This document shows positions 1 through 12,127 of a DNA stretch of 64,000 nucleotides, piece after piece. The stretch covers positions 806,001-870,000 of the forward strand of contig OZ037834.1 of the NCBI GenBank assembly GCA_964035575.1, written 5' to 3'. Numbering within the stretch: the first letter of the stretch is position 1; each line of letters begins with the position of its first letter. Source of the stretch: Rhynchopus sp. YZ270_cl-10. Taxonomy: Eukaryota. A program made the position numbers and the translations under genes. The notes beneath the pieces were generated by a model. It searched no databases, had not been told where the DNA came from, and worked only from the letters and a program-made list of their open reading frames with translations.

Positions 1-404
1 TTTTGATAAAATTGTTGGAGTAGTGTTGCCTCGGTTGTGTTGCCACAGTTGTGCAAATCTCCATTTTTCCGAAAGTTCACATGCTTTTTGTTGTTGTTGT
101 TGTTGTTTTGTTGTTATGTTTTTTTTCTCCCCTATTCCTTCGGCATCACATACGGAGGCTTGCATTTAGCGCTTTCGCGATGTCGTTTAGTTCAGGTGGT
201 CCTTATTATTTTATTTTATTTTTTGACCAAATTATAATTACAAAAAAGGTAAGTAAATACATTGTTCTTGTTGTTGCTTTTCATCCGGATCGCTGGCATT
301 GTACAGTACATTATACGGAACGCCTGCATCAACTCTCCACCCACTCCCCCAAAAAAAAGTTTGTGGTCACTCTTCCCAGCCTTTTCTCTTTGAAAACATG
401 ATGT

Positions 405-492
405 GTCTGTGTGTGTTGTTTGATAACTAATAGGGGTAAATTCTTGCGCAGAATATGGCCCCAATGTGTGTGTATATGCAACGTGAGGCATA
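405..492 (+). repeat. Dispersed repeat R1: (GT)n-TTGATAACT..AGGGGTAATTCTTGCGCAGAATATGGCCC-(GT)n
   Basis: Copies near 405, 7556, 14260, 14866, 39810 and 41725, all in the same orientation. Confidence 0.9.
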
Positions 493-644
493 TTCTCATC
501 AGTTTTTTTACTCTCTTCCTTAGCGCGATTGTATATCGATGATTGTTTTCTTCCCCTCCCCCCAGAGTCCAAAGCCCTCTCATCTTCCTCCTCCTCCTCC
601 TCATCTCCCACGCTTCTTCAGGGGGAGATTATTATTTTTTTTGT

Positions 645-753
645 AAGGTGACTAAGCACGAGAGAAAAAGATTGATGAATAACCAATGTTCAAAACATTA
701 AGTAATCTAATCAGACTAAGCACGAGAGGCTTAGGATCATCTTATAAACTTTT
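645..753 (+). repeat. Dispersed repeat R2: AAGGTGACTAAGCACGAGAG...AATCTAATCAGACTAAGCACGAGAG..TTAGGATCATCTTATAAACTTTT
   Basis: Full or partial copies near 645, 7449, 15124, 16086, 21878, 34696, 46786 and 54246. Contains an internal direct repeat, GACTAAGCACGAGAG. Confidence 0.9.
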
Positions 754-1734
754 CCTTTTTTTTTTTTTCTCTTCCATGCGTCCGCCGATGAACGGTGAGA
801 CGTCTGCGCTTTTTTCAACTTCTCTTTTCTCCCCTTCCTCCCCTCCACCCACCCCATCACACGACACCTCATGTCAACGTGACATGTGAGAAAGGGCATG
901 TTGCTTTTCTGGCAATGTAACATGGCATGTGGCAGATGTCATAATGACATGTGCACATGTCATCGTTTTTTTTTTACCATGTCATGTGGCATGTGGCGTT
1001 CGTGCACATGGAGCGTTAAAGTGCGGTAACCTTTCCCTCCCAAAGAAGGTGATTTGCACTGTCAACTTCACTTTGATTTTTTTTTGTTATCAAGAGCAGA
1101 AGAAAAATTGTTCCAAAAATAAAGTAAAAAAAAATATACCGGTCTCTTGTCTCTGGAATCCTTTTTCACAAAACAAGGACTCCAGAGAGAGACTTGGGTT
1201 TTCATCTTATAAGCTATTCCATTCTTCTTTAGTAAAGATTGTGTGTGCACAGGAAAGCACTTTTTGCATCTTTCTGATTTTCTTTTCTTTTTTGATTCTT
1301 TGAGAGCTTTCAAAAAAGCAACTTCACAAAAACCCCCCATTCCCAAATACCCTGAGGTACCATTAATGTGGTCCCCGGATATAGGAAGGGTGGGGGAGGC
1401 TCTAAAAAAAAATTAAATAAAATAGTGGAGCTCATCCTCTGGGGGGGTGTCACTACCAAAAAAAAGCCAAGTTTTCAATAAACAAAATAAAATGGGAAAA
1501 ATAAAGTACTAATTGAAAAAGTCATCAAAAAAAAAAAAAAATGAAAAAAGTAAACCAGCGAGATCGGGGAGGGGACAAGCGAAGCATTCTCTCAAAAAAT
1601 GGCGACTCAAAGAATTTAAAAAAAAAAAATCGCATTTTTTTTGGATTTTTTTTTAATTGTTCAAATGGTTTCGGCCGACATTGAGTACAGAAGCTTTGTC
1701 CATTGTTATTTGATTTTTTTTTATTAAGTGTACA

Positions 1735-1820
1735 CACTCCAGGGGTTCGATGACCCGCGGAGTGTTAGTGCCTACGCTTCCCAGAGGCGTTTTGCACTAT
1801 CAACTTCACTTATTTTTTTT
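1735..1820 (+). repeat. SINE-like structured repeat R3 with GGTTCG B-box-like loop and T-tail
   Basis: Copies near 1735, 6297, 33273 and 50650; 3'-only copies near 775, 1040, 5530, 6087 and 18975. Confidence 0.7.
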
Positions 1821-1954
1821 TAGTTGTCAACAACAATAAAACAACAACAACAACGACTAAAAAAAAAAGAGAGAAAACATTTATCAGACCCACCTCCCAC
1901 CCCCCCCCCGGGGTCCCCCCCCCCGCCAACTTCCCTCGCCATCAAGATGTGACC

Positions 1955-2058
1955 ACCATAGTACCATAGTACCATAGTACCATAGTACCATAGTACCATA
2001 GTACCATAGTACCATAGTACCATAGTACCATAGTACCATAGTACCATAGTACCATAGT
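1955..2058. repeat. (ACCATAGT)n 8-mer tandem repeat
   Basis: About 13 perfect copies seen directly. Confidence 0.95.
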
Positions 2059-2599
2059 GTGCGCTTCTTTCGTTTCTTTACTTGCTTAGGAGAAAAAGCT
2101 CTTTCTGCCCATGACCAGCCCCCTCACGTCTGTACACAGACGCACTGTGTCTTTACGACGCAAGACAAATTCTTCGTACACGGCACGCGCCAGCCGGGAA
2201 CAGTACAGTGACTTCTTTTTGACTCCGACGGTTGTGGAATTGCTCTGGAATGACACCGTGCCCAGGAGCGTAGTCGGGTGTACAGCGACGACCCTGTGTA
2301 TTATCCCTCGGCGAAAGGGCGTGCGCCGGACCACAGAATAGGCAGCATAGGGGGGTTCTCGCCGCGTGCAGTGTCGACAGCGATCCCGCAGAGGAGGACC
2401 ACGCATACCCCACCGTCAAGCTGTCAGAGTGTGTGTTACGATGTAGCATCTACCTCATCGTCGCACTCCTCCTCCTCCTCCCCTCTGTCTACACACCTTC
2501 CCCAACACAGAACCCATACACAACCCGCCCCCATTTTTCCGTAGTAAGGGTACTCCCCTTTTCCTTCGTCAGCAGTGTAGGAGGGAGGGCCTCAACCCC

Positions 2600-5227
2600 A
2601 TGACTGCTGTTGAGGGGGGGATGCAGGTGGTAGGTGTGGAGGTGGGGGTGGGGGTTGTGGAGAGCAGCGAACACAGCGCGTCGACAGCCAAGCCTGATGA
2701 TGTGCTGGAAGCTGAGACCACCCAGGGGGAGGAAGGTGCGTCGAACGCAGATACAACAGATGCAGCAGAACATAACAACATCACATCAACAACCAAACCT
2801 GACGCTGCACCCGAAGCCGCGCCCACCCAGGAAGGGGAAAGCTCATCAACCACAGATGCGGGAGAACACAACGACAAGCCTGACGCTGCACCCGAAGCCA
2901 CTCAGGAGGAAGGCACATCGAACACAGCCGCAGCAGAACACAACGACATCACATCAACAACCAACCCTGACACTGCACCCGAACCTGCTGCGCCCACCCA
3001 GGAGGACGTGAACCCACCAAACCCCACCCACACAACACCCGAACTCAGCAATCCCACCACCACCACCGCCGCCGCCTCACCCACCGACCCACCGACCCCT
3101 CCTTCCCCACCAACCAACAGAACCCTTGAGACCACCCACACGACAACCGACAACTCATTCTGCGTTCCTATGCTGGAAGAACCCATTTCGGGGGATCTGG
3201 GAGGGGTTTCCGAGGACAGCAACAACGACGACAGCGACAGCGATGTAGACCCTGCGGGGGGGTACTCTCTGAGGATATCACAGCCGGAAGCAGGGGTGCC
3301 ACGGCAGGCCGCGCCTTCTGCAGACAGCAACACCCTGCCGATTCCTATTGCACTACGCCGAACCGAAACCTGGGAGGACACTGCGATTGTCACTCCAGGC
3401 TCAGCATCCTCCTTGACACGACCTGGGGGGAGGGCATCCCCGGAGAATGTCATTTCCTCCGTCCCTGCCTCCCTTCACAATACCCCTGCTGCCGCCACCC
3501 CTACCTTGACGAATTCCATTCTTTCCGCCGCATCTGACCATCGCAACACCATTTCTATGTCCGCCTCTCCAGACGGCAGACAGTCCCCAGCTGTAGAGCA
3601 GCTCTCCCAAATGGACGGGGTTGTGCTCTTCCTGAACGGCCTGCACAAACAGCTGGAGGAATCGGATGGGAGGGAGGTGGTGATGAATGGAAGAGGGTTG
3701 GAGGTGGATGAACAGCTACGTGGTTCGTTGACTGTCGCGCCTTCGGATGGGTCTGCTGGGCAGGAAGGGGTCGACTGGAAAGCGATTTGCCAGGGCTGTG
3801 GGATGGTCGGAAGAAATAACACTGAGGTAGATGACATGGTCTGGTTCGTCAAAAACGGAGTAGCCGAGGTACGACGACGTACCGAAGAGGACACATGGCT
3901 TGACGATGAACCCGACGTTGAGTGGGAGCGTACCCTATACCTCAATGTCATCGCAAATTGGAAGTTTGAGCTGACCGTTGCGGTCATCGACACTGAAACC
4001 CACGTTGCGGTGGAATGGACCACCCGGCAGGTCTTCGCCTCACCACAACGTGTCAAAGAGCAAACTAACGCTTCCTCCAAAGATATGAAAGGGGAAATCG
4101 CCTACGTAGACACCTACCCAGACATCTACTTTAACATTGAAGATTATTCCGAAGCCTTTTCTGATATGAGACTCACGTTAGGACAGTCCTGGGCGGTAGA
4201 GGTTAGCGCCTTATCATCGACAGGAAGACGGATTCAGGTTGTGAAAGGAAAGCTGTCTTATGAAAAGCTTGTCAAAAAGTTTCAACTTACGACCCATGGT
4301 GCAAGGGTAGGTCAGGAAGAGGTAATCGAGGTGAAGGCGCCACGAAACGAAGGATGGCTGCTTCTTACAGTGAACATTGCCCCAGAGGAGGTGAGTGATG
4401 TGCCTATTGACCCTTTACCCCCTTCTTCTACTAATCCGTTTATGAAGATAGCGTACCGAGCTGCCTATAAAGCGCAACAACGTTTTGAGGGGAAAGGAGA
4501 CAAAGTATACGCATCTCCGTCCATGCAATGCTATTTAAAGCACGTAACCGCAACGGAATCGCATATTATCTCTAAAATCTTGCAGCTCCAACACGAAAGC
4601 CATGGGGAATGGATAAAACTGCCTACCTCAGCGTCTTCAACGATTTCGACAGTGCCGAATAATAACTCTATGTGCTCCCCGAGGATTACTTCACCATGTG
4701 TTTCGCCTTCGCATACTGAAGTGGAGAGTGCAGCACTGTCAACTGCGGTCAACACCGAAGTTGCGTTTTCTCCACAAACCTCATCCTTAGTAGGACCAGA
4801 TGATGAGTCAATGAGAGGCCGATGGGAGCGTTGTTTTGGCGCAAATCCTCCGTTATTTGTTGATGTCGTGATGCGGTGTGTGTTTCATGGTTGGGTCGCG
4901 AAGAGGGGGGGGAAGCGCATCTTTGCGACGCAGGCGTACCACTCGAGGATGGTGGTCATCACCGAGAAAGGGTTGCTGCACTACTTCTCGGATGCGTCGC
5001 CGAACAGCGAGGCCAAGGGGACGTGCTACCTGAGGGGGGCGAGACTGAAGAGGAGGCAACGGTCGTCGCCGTCGGCGCCAAATTCCCATGTAATAGAAAT
5101 TCATCCGGTGACCCCACGCAGACCTGGCTCAACAGCAGACCCCGTCTTCCACTTCGGCTTCGACTCGGAAAATGAAGGGGAGGTCTTCTTGAAGCATCTT
5201 CTCGTCTTTGCGTTGCTCCCCCCATGA
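2600..5227 (+). CDS. KIAA0930/DUF2045-like protein with C-terminal PH domain and low-complexity N-terminus
   Basis: 875-aa single-exon ORF. WERTLYLNVI, QVFASP and YPDIYFNIEDYSEAF resemble KIAA0930 family motifs. The C-terminal HGWVAKRGG...RMVVITEKGLLHYF...KGTCYL segment is PH-like. Confidence 0.75.
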   Translation: MTAVEGGMQVVGVEVGVGVVESSEHSASTAKPDDVLEAETTQGEEGASNADTTDAAEHNNITSTTKPDAAPEAAPTQEGESSSTTDAGEHNDKPDAAPEATQEEGTSNTAAAEHNDITSTTNPDTAPEPAAPTQEDVNPPNPTHTTPELSNPTTTTAAASPTDPPTPPSPPTNRTLETTHTTTDNSFCVPMLEEPISGDLGGVSEDSNNDDSDSDVDPAGGYSLRISQPEAGVPRQAAPSADSNTLPIPIALRRTETWEDTAIVTPGSASSLTRPGGRASPENVISSVPASLHNTPAAATPTLTNSILSAASDHRNTISMSASPDGRQSPAVEQLSQMDGVVLFLNGLHKQLEESDGREVVMNGRGLEVDEQLRGSLTVAPSDGSAGQEGVDWKAICQGCGMVGRNNTEVDDMVWFVKNGVAEVRRRTEEDTWLDDEPDVEWERTLYLNVIANWKFELTVAVIDTETHVAVEWTTRQVFASPQRVKEQTNASSKDMKGEIAYVDTYPDIYFNIEDYSEAFSDMRLTLGQSWAVEVSALSSTGRRIQVVKGKLSYEKLVKKFQLTTHGARVGQEEVIEVKAPRNEGWLLLTVNIAPEEVSDVPIDPLPPSSTNPFMKIAYRAAYKAQQRFEGKGDKVYASPSMQCYLKHVTATESHIISKILQLQHESHGEWIKLPTSASSTISTVPNNNSMCSPRITSPCVSPSHTEVESAALSTAVNTEVAFSPQTSSLVGPDDESMRGRWERCFGANPPLFVDVVMRCVFHGWVAKRGGKRIFATQAYHSRMVVITEKGLLHYFSDASPNSEAKGTCYLRGARLKRRQRSSPSAPNSHVIEIHPVTPRRPGSTADPVFHFGFDSENEGEVFLKHLLVFALLPP

Positions 5228-7105
5228 TATTTTATTGACTCAACTGTTGAGGCGGGTTGTGCTTTTAACAATGCTGGTGTGGGCTGAAATTGGAGGGAAA
5301 AAAGTACGCAACTTTTCTCTCTCTTTTTTAGTTTGGGTAAAAAAGGAGGATGCGATGTGAACCCCATGCAAGGGGAGGCTTTGAAACAAACCAAAACAAA
5401 ATTGTTTTGCTAGAAAAATCTTTGGGGGGACGGGGGAGGGAGGATAGGGAAAAGGGGTGGGTGAAGGAAGGACCGCAACGAGAGGCTTTGGTGTCATCAT
5501 GAACAAAAAAAAAAAATTCTTTTGCAAATGGGTGAGGGCGTTTTTGCACTTTTCAACGTTTATTTTATTTTTTTTCCATTTACGGTGTCTCTCCGCCCAT
5601 AGAGGCGGTGCACTTTGCAACTTTCCATTTTTATCTCAATTATTTGGTGCTTTTCGGAAGTCGGTCAAAGACCTGGCAGCCCGGAGAACCATTACTATTT
5701 TTTATAAAGACAGATACTTTGTGGTGACAAATGATTCAGATGTATGAGACTCTTATGTGTATTCCCCTCCCCCCTTCAGTCTACCAAACAAGAGGAACGA
5801 ACGAGGTTTTTTTTTATTATTTTTGCTTTTCTTGTCAAAAGCATCCTGAAGCCTAAGTCTGAGACGGCAAAGGACAGAGGACGGTGAGGTGCACCACACA
5901 CCCCCCCCTCCTTTCCTTTCCCCTCCCCGCGCGAAGGTGGAGTGAACTGCTTTGAAGTCTTGTGGGTACACCGTTGGCTTTCCAACAGTGGAACCATGAG
6001 TCAGGTCATTTCTTCACTGTCGTGCATAAATAGAACGGCGAAGGTGATTTTTGCTGATGCTACTGACAAAAGGGGGGGGGGGTGGGTCTGCCGATGTACG
6101 GTAAGGCGTTTTGCGCTTTTTCAACTTTCTTTAAGGCCTCAAAGAGGTTTTCCTCTTCACTGCCAGGTAGTCAGTGGGGGAGCGTATTGCAGTAATAAAA
6201 AAATCAACCACAGAAATATTTATTACACCACTTTGCGCAACAACAAAAAACAAAATTTCGATCAATGTCAGCAGTTTCCTATTTATTTGTTTCCCTGTGG
6301 GGGTTCGATACTCCCGTGGAGTGTCAAGTGCCTGCGCATCCCCAGAGACGTTTGCACTGTCTACTTCACTTTATTTATTTTTCAAAGGTGTGATGGCATG
6401 AGATATCATAAGCTTTTGAGGCCTGTTTCATCAATTTTCAAAAAATCATTATTATTTTTTTCAAGGTGACTAAAAAATACACCGTTGGTTTCACTCTAAT
6501 AAACGTTTCCTATTTAATGCTGTTTTGTTCATTCCTTCATCCTTTAGATTGTGCTTGCTTCCTGTCTGTGTGCAGATGAAAAATAAAATAAAAATATCGC
6601 TTTTTTTAAAGCCCGCAGCAGACCGCTTTGCAGTGCCGAAGAAGAAGCAGATATTTCAATTTTTTTTTTAGTGCCTACGTTTGCACTTTCAACTTATGTT
6701 CTCTTTTTCAAAAAGAACCCCTTTTGGTGTTACCGATCTGCTGTCGGGGACATGTCAACGACATGTCAAGGACATGTCAATATAGGGGGTGTGTCATTTT
6801 CCCCTGTAAACCTTGTGTCAAGGACCTGTCAATATGGGCCCTTTCGGGAACACCACCTTTTCCCCCCCAGTATTTGGTCCGGTCAGCAACCCAGTTCCTC
6901 CCCAGGGTTCTCCCCACGTGGTTTTCACCCTCGGGTTTCCCGTGGCTGACCACACCAGGTATTACTCCTTTTAAAAAAGGTGAAAGTTTTCTATGGGGTC
7001 ATATAGTATAGGGAGGGGTGAAGGGTTGTGTTGGCTTGTATTGTGATAATGGTCCATCATGATGCATAATCCACATCACAAAGCAGCTGTTTTGTGATGT
7101 GTATC

Positions 7106-7207
7106 ACCGTATTCGTAAAAATGTTCGACCGTAAAAAAGGTCGAACTTCCAGAAAAATCCTGAAAAGGTCGAACATTAGTACGGTCGATAATTTGTACGA
7201 ATAGGGT
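7106..7207. mobile_element. ~100-bp MITE with CCGTATTCGTA-type TIRs (pogo/Tc1-like)
   Basis: Ends read ccgtattcgta...tacgaatagggta. An inverted related copy lies at ~51593-51692 (ta-ccgt...acgg-ta). Confidence 0.65.
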
Positions 7208-8056
7208 ATGTATTATGATGCACCAGTATCACAATACAACCAACACTAGGTTGAGGGGGAATGAATGGGAGACGGAGGGGGGGAAGGTTATTTTGTTTTG
7301 TTTTGTTTCCACCGCTAGAATCGTGTCGCGTTTTTTTTTTCCCCCTGGGCGATTTTAAAGAACACTAATATTGTCTATCCCGTGTGTTGTGCGACAGCCT
7401 AAGAATAGGGGTCGTTGTTTTTGTTTAGTTCTGAGGGGTTCTTTTTTAAAGGTGACTTACGCACGAGACAAAGAATAATCTAATCAGACTTACGCACGAG
7501 AGGTCATCTTATACACTTTGTCGTCTTGTGTAGAAACTCAGAAGAGCGAGGTGTGCGTCTGTGTGTGTGTTTGATAACTAGTAGGGGTAATTCTTGCTCA
7601 GAATATGGCCCCAATGCGTCTGTGTGTGTGTTTGATAACGGGTTTAGAGTGGGTAACGCCTGAACGGAGTATGGCCCACTTCTGTGTGTGTGTGTGTGTA
7701 GGTCCTATGAAGCGGAACATTTGCTCATAAAGAGATTTTCCGCTGCAAGGGAAATTGAATCCCCCCTCCCGCCCCCCTTGGGTCGGCCATCTCCCCCTAC
7801 ACCGCGTGTTCGCCTGCATGCTTCACAGCTTTCTCTCATTGCTCTTTTTGTGCATATTGACTATAGGGTAGCGTACCAACAACAGTAGGACAAAAGTAAT
7901 ATTTGGCAAAAAAAAAGTCAAGAAAATACCCAAAATCCCGCCAATATTATTTGGTTGACCAAATCGCCAAAAAAAAAAAATTTTTTTTTTTTTGGTTGCC
8001 AAAGGTTCTTTGTCCAACTGTAAACAAAAAGACGAAGCGGAGGAGGGTTTTTTCTT

Positions 8057-8241
8057 ATGATGTCACCTCATGAAATGAAGGAGGAAATAGAAACAAAGCA
8101 TTTTGAACACACTTTTGCGGTTCTAGGGACGAACCGCGCCTGCAGAGAGCCACTCCTCACCAAAACAGGTCGAGGGTGTGTGCGTTTCACCGCAAACCTC
8201 TCCCATGGGTTTTATCGTGTGATAAGTGTTAAGTTTCTATT
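8057..8241. repeat. ~185-bp dispersed element with asymmetric inverted repeats (AAATAGAAAC...GTTTCTATTT)
   Basis: A near-identical copy lies at ~60240-60419. Confidence 0.85.
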
Positions 8242-9519
8242 TTTATTTCCAGTGTCCACACCTTCTACGTCTCCACCCAGTTGAGTCGCCCTTTCTCTAG
8301 TAAAAATGCTACTTTCTTTTGATGCGTACGAAATAGTCATATTCTTTATGCCCAGCAAGTGGGTATTGTCCCGAGCACGAAGCATTACCCATAATGTGTG
8401 TGTGTATGTGAACATGCAGTCATTTTGAGAGTTCATTAGCGAAACACGAAGGTCACCACCGATTTCCACAATGTGTGTTTATTTTTTTTGTGCAAAGATA
8501 GGCAAGCTCCATCTTTCCCACTAAAAAAAAAAAACAAATAAACCTGAATCAATTTTAACGTCTACGGTAAGGTTCTGATGAATCAGTTTTTTTTGGGTAA
8601 TTCCTGAATTTCAGAACATCTTCGGGGGGAGGAGAAACCCCCCCGGGCGAGGGTGTGTTGTGAGTTTTCAACTTACCTTCCTTCACCCCCCCCTGTAAGG
8701 GCAACCGTAGGTGAAGTAAGGTATAGTATTGAAATCGATGTGGGGGGGGAGTAAAGGGTCAATTTTACAAAACCAGATTTTGAGGAAAATTTTAGCCGAA
8801 AATGGGCCCCACGTATAAGGAACCGGGCTCATATTTCTCAAAATTTAAGTGGTCAAAAAATTGTCCAATTTTCGAGATTGACCCCACCACTGCACGGGCG
8901 GATCCCAAAAATGCAAATAAGGACCCTTTTAAATTTTCAACTTACCTTCCTTCACCCCCCCCTGTAAGGGCAACCGTAGGTGAAGTAAGGTATAGTATTG
9001 AAATCGATGTGGGGGGGAGTAAAGGGTCAATTTTACAAAACCAGATTTTGAGGAAAATTTTAGCCGAAAATGGGCCCCACGTATAAGGAACCGGGCTCAT
9101 ATTTCTCAAAATTTAAGTGGTCAAAAAATTGTCCAATTTTCGAGATTGACCCCACCACTGCACGGGCGGATCCCAAAAATGCAAATAAGGACCCTTTTCA
9201 ACTTACCTTCCTTCACCCCCCCCTGTAAGGGCAACCGTAGGTGAAGTAAGGTATAGTATTGAAATCGATGTGGGGGGGGAGTAAAGGGTAGGCCTCCCCA
9301 AAATCGTCTACCCCAAAAATAAAAGACATAAAAGACATATAAAAGACGTAAAAGACATATAAAAGACCATGGTGGTATACATGCACTCGTAGAGGTTACT
9401 GGCTGGAGGGGAACAGTGGAGAAGGGTACAAATGGGTTTTTCTGACGTTTTTGATATTTTTGCTTCTGATCTTGATTTTTTGGTTTTTTTTTTCCCCTTG
9501 TAGAGAGGGTAAACAGTGG

Positions 9520-12127
9520 CTATTTTTGCCTGCTCTTTATCTTGTCATGCAAACACGTGCTTACAGCACTCATCTTGTGCAAACGCTGGATATCCAGGCA
9601 CTCGCGGCCGTCACTGATTCTTCCCATCATGGAGAAGAACCTCTCCTGGTTGGCCGAGTGCGGAACTATGCGACAGTATTTCACTCCCAGCGCTGGAAGT
9701 GACGTGCCTCTCATCAGCTTAGCTGCAATTCTCCACCAATCTTCAGGCTGTCGTGAGGAAAATAGAAGGAAGTGTTTATTTTTGATCACATACGTTCTTC
9801 TGTTTGGCATTAGCCCACATGCTGGTGCTCTGGTACTTGCCCTCTTTGGTCATGAAGTCGACCAGCTCCTGCTCCGCTTGCTCTCCCCCAAGGGTCTTCA
9901 CTGCTTTCTCAGCTTTGTTCAGGTACTCAGCAGGGTCGAAGAGTTTCAAGAAGGGGGTCAGCAACGACGGTTCTTTCACTTCTTGTTCGATGTAGAGGCT
10001 GGGGTGGAGAATCATGGCGGTCAGGCAGACGGGGCAGTTCTCGTAGCGGGTTTTGCGTTTGTCAAGTGACTCTACTACCGTGTCGAACTTCTCTTGCAAC
10101 GTGGGGGGCACCGTCAGTGTGTTGAAGTACTTCTTCATCGCCCACCAGCACGGAATCACCTGTCCCAGCCTTGCCTCATCGCCCTCTAGCATCAGGATTA
10201 GCGCATTCACAGGCTTCAACAGTTTTAGGGTAAAATGGAATTCCTGGAAGAACCCCATGTCGTCGAAAAGCCTCGTGATTTGAGGATATTGCCTCTTGAG
10301 GGATGCCTCCTCGGGGTCGTCGTTGATGGCGCGCAACACCTCGATGTTCCCTGCAATGTCCTCGAACGCGGTGCAGGTCGTCAACCAGCGGACATCCATG
10401 GGTGCATGGGGAAGTCCCTTGTTGGCGGAGTTCAACTCCACTTGTTTCTTCAGGTACGTTTTACGAAATGATTCCGTATTCCTGATAGCGGAGATCATTG
10501 CGTGTACCCACTCCGACACGTGTGTAAAGGGCATCTTTACAGGCTTTTTGTTCTTCTGCCTGAACCCGATTGTGTCGTTTAAAAAACGATTGGCACAATG
10601 ACACACGCACAAAATACACACAATCCCGTTCGCCTCGGCCCACTGTTTCGCTGCTGACCACACATTCGAGCCCCCATCAACCACCACAGCCACCCATTTG
10701 ACCCCTGTCCTCTCCGACCCTACTTTCTGGAAGTATGTAAGCAGGATGGCGGCGGTGAAGCTCTTCTCCTCCATTGTCGCCGTCTCAAGGTTGAGGCGCC
10801 ACGGAGCTGTTGCGGTAAACGAGATCACATGGTCTTTGTTGTGCCGTGACAACCAAGCATCGGCGTGGAGGACGACGTATTCCTCCTTTTCGAGCTGCTG
10901 AATGAGGGGGGTGACTTCTTCGTCGTACACGGCATTCAGCAACGAGTCTCGCAACATGTCATCGGTCGCAATGTGTCTCACCGTCCCCCGCAATTCACGG
11001 ACAAAATCTTTAAAAAAAGGGTTGCGGGTTTGGTTGAACGGAATATTTCCGGAGAACCACCAGCGCGCTTGCGCCATGTCGATGCGCGTCTGCTGTGTGG
11101 CGGTTGTTGCAGGAAGAGACGTGAAGCAACGACTGACGCTGTCTTTTGGGAAGAGGAGGAGCGGGAACTAAATCGGAGGTCTGAGTTCTTGGGGGTTCTG
11201 TGAGGTTGGATGAAGGCAGCACTGGCTCATCCGCATCGATCACGGTAGGTGGTGCTGGTGGTTCTTCCCCTGGCACTGGGTTGGCAGCTGTGACTTCGTT
11301 CCCCTGCGCTGGAGCAGCTTCCTCTTCGTCGTCGTCGTCCTCTGCGTCGGCTTCATCCCTCTTCCTCTTCCTCTTCCTCTTCCTCTTCCTCTTCCTCTTC
11401 CTCTTCCTCTTCCTCTTCCTCTTCCTCTTCCTCTTCTACAGTAAACTTGTTTAAGAAGCTTTGCTTCGACTCAGGAGTCTTTCAAGATATAGAATGACTA
11501 ATGCAGCATGCCCCTCATGGGCTTACCACTTACGGTTAGTAAGGTTGGAACGAGGATCGATGGGGAACCCAAAACACACAAAACACACAAACACACATTC
11601 ACGAATCAGAATTTTGTCTTTTGCTTCCCCAGTATCGCCCTCTGTACGTACTCCTCTCCTCATCTACGGAAAAAAGAATCTCCCCCCGCCCCCCTTTTTT
11701 AGTTTACTTGTATACTCGTCTTTATCTTGTAAAGACTCCTCCTCTTCCTCTTCCTCTTCCTCTTCCTCTTCCTCTTCCTCTTCCTCTTCCTCTTCCTCTT
11801 CCTCTTCCTCTTCCTCTTCCTCTTCCTCTTCCTCTTCCTCTTCCTCTTCCTCTTCCTCTTCCTCTTCCTCTTCCTCTTCCTCTTCCTCTTCCTCTTCCTC
11901 TTCCTCTTCCTCTTCCTCTTCCTCTTCCTCTTCCTCTTCCTCTCCAGTGCCGCAAGCTCGTCCTTCGCTCTCTTCTTCTGCGCGTCCGTAGCTTGCTCGC
12001 AATGCAAAATGTGACCTTTCCTGCGTTCAGCGTTTGAAGATTTACCCATAGTGTCTCCGCACTCGCACTCTAGCTTCCCCGAGACAATCTTCAACAGATC
12101 CCCAGTCCAACATTTTGCCTTCGGCAT
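9520..12127 (-). pseudogene. hAT transposase, spliced and apparently disrupted
   Basis: N-terminal BED-like Zn finger (CECG...HILHC). Catalytic motifs LHADAW, VVDGGSN, CVCH, VRW and ANQERFFS. A 46-nt GT-AG intron (9748-9793) joins KQKN|PEDWW in frame. A frameshift near 11120-11170 and (GAGGAA)n tracts disturb the 5' part. Confidence 0.85.
11358..11943. repeat. Two (CTTCCT)n tracts (~11358-11436 and ~11740-11943) flanking a ~300-bp unique segment
   Basis: Seen directly. Confidence 0.9.

Noticed and set aside
1735..1770. tRNA gene call from GGTTCGA
   Set aside because: No D-arm or anticodon arm; treated as a SINE-like repeat instead.
11461..12037. Poly-Ser, poly-Glu, PL and RG ORFs
   Set aside because: Translations of the (CTTCCT)n microsatellite.
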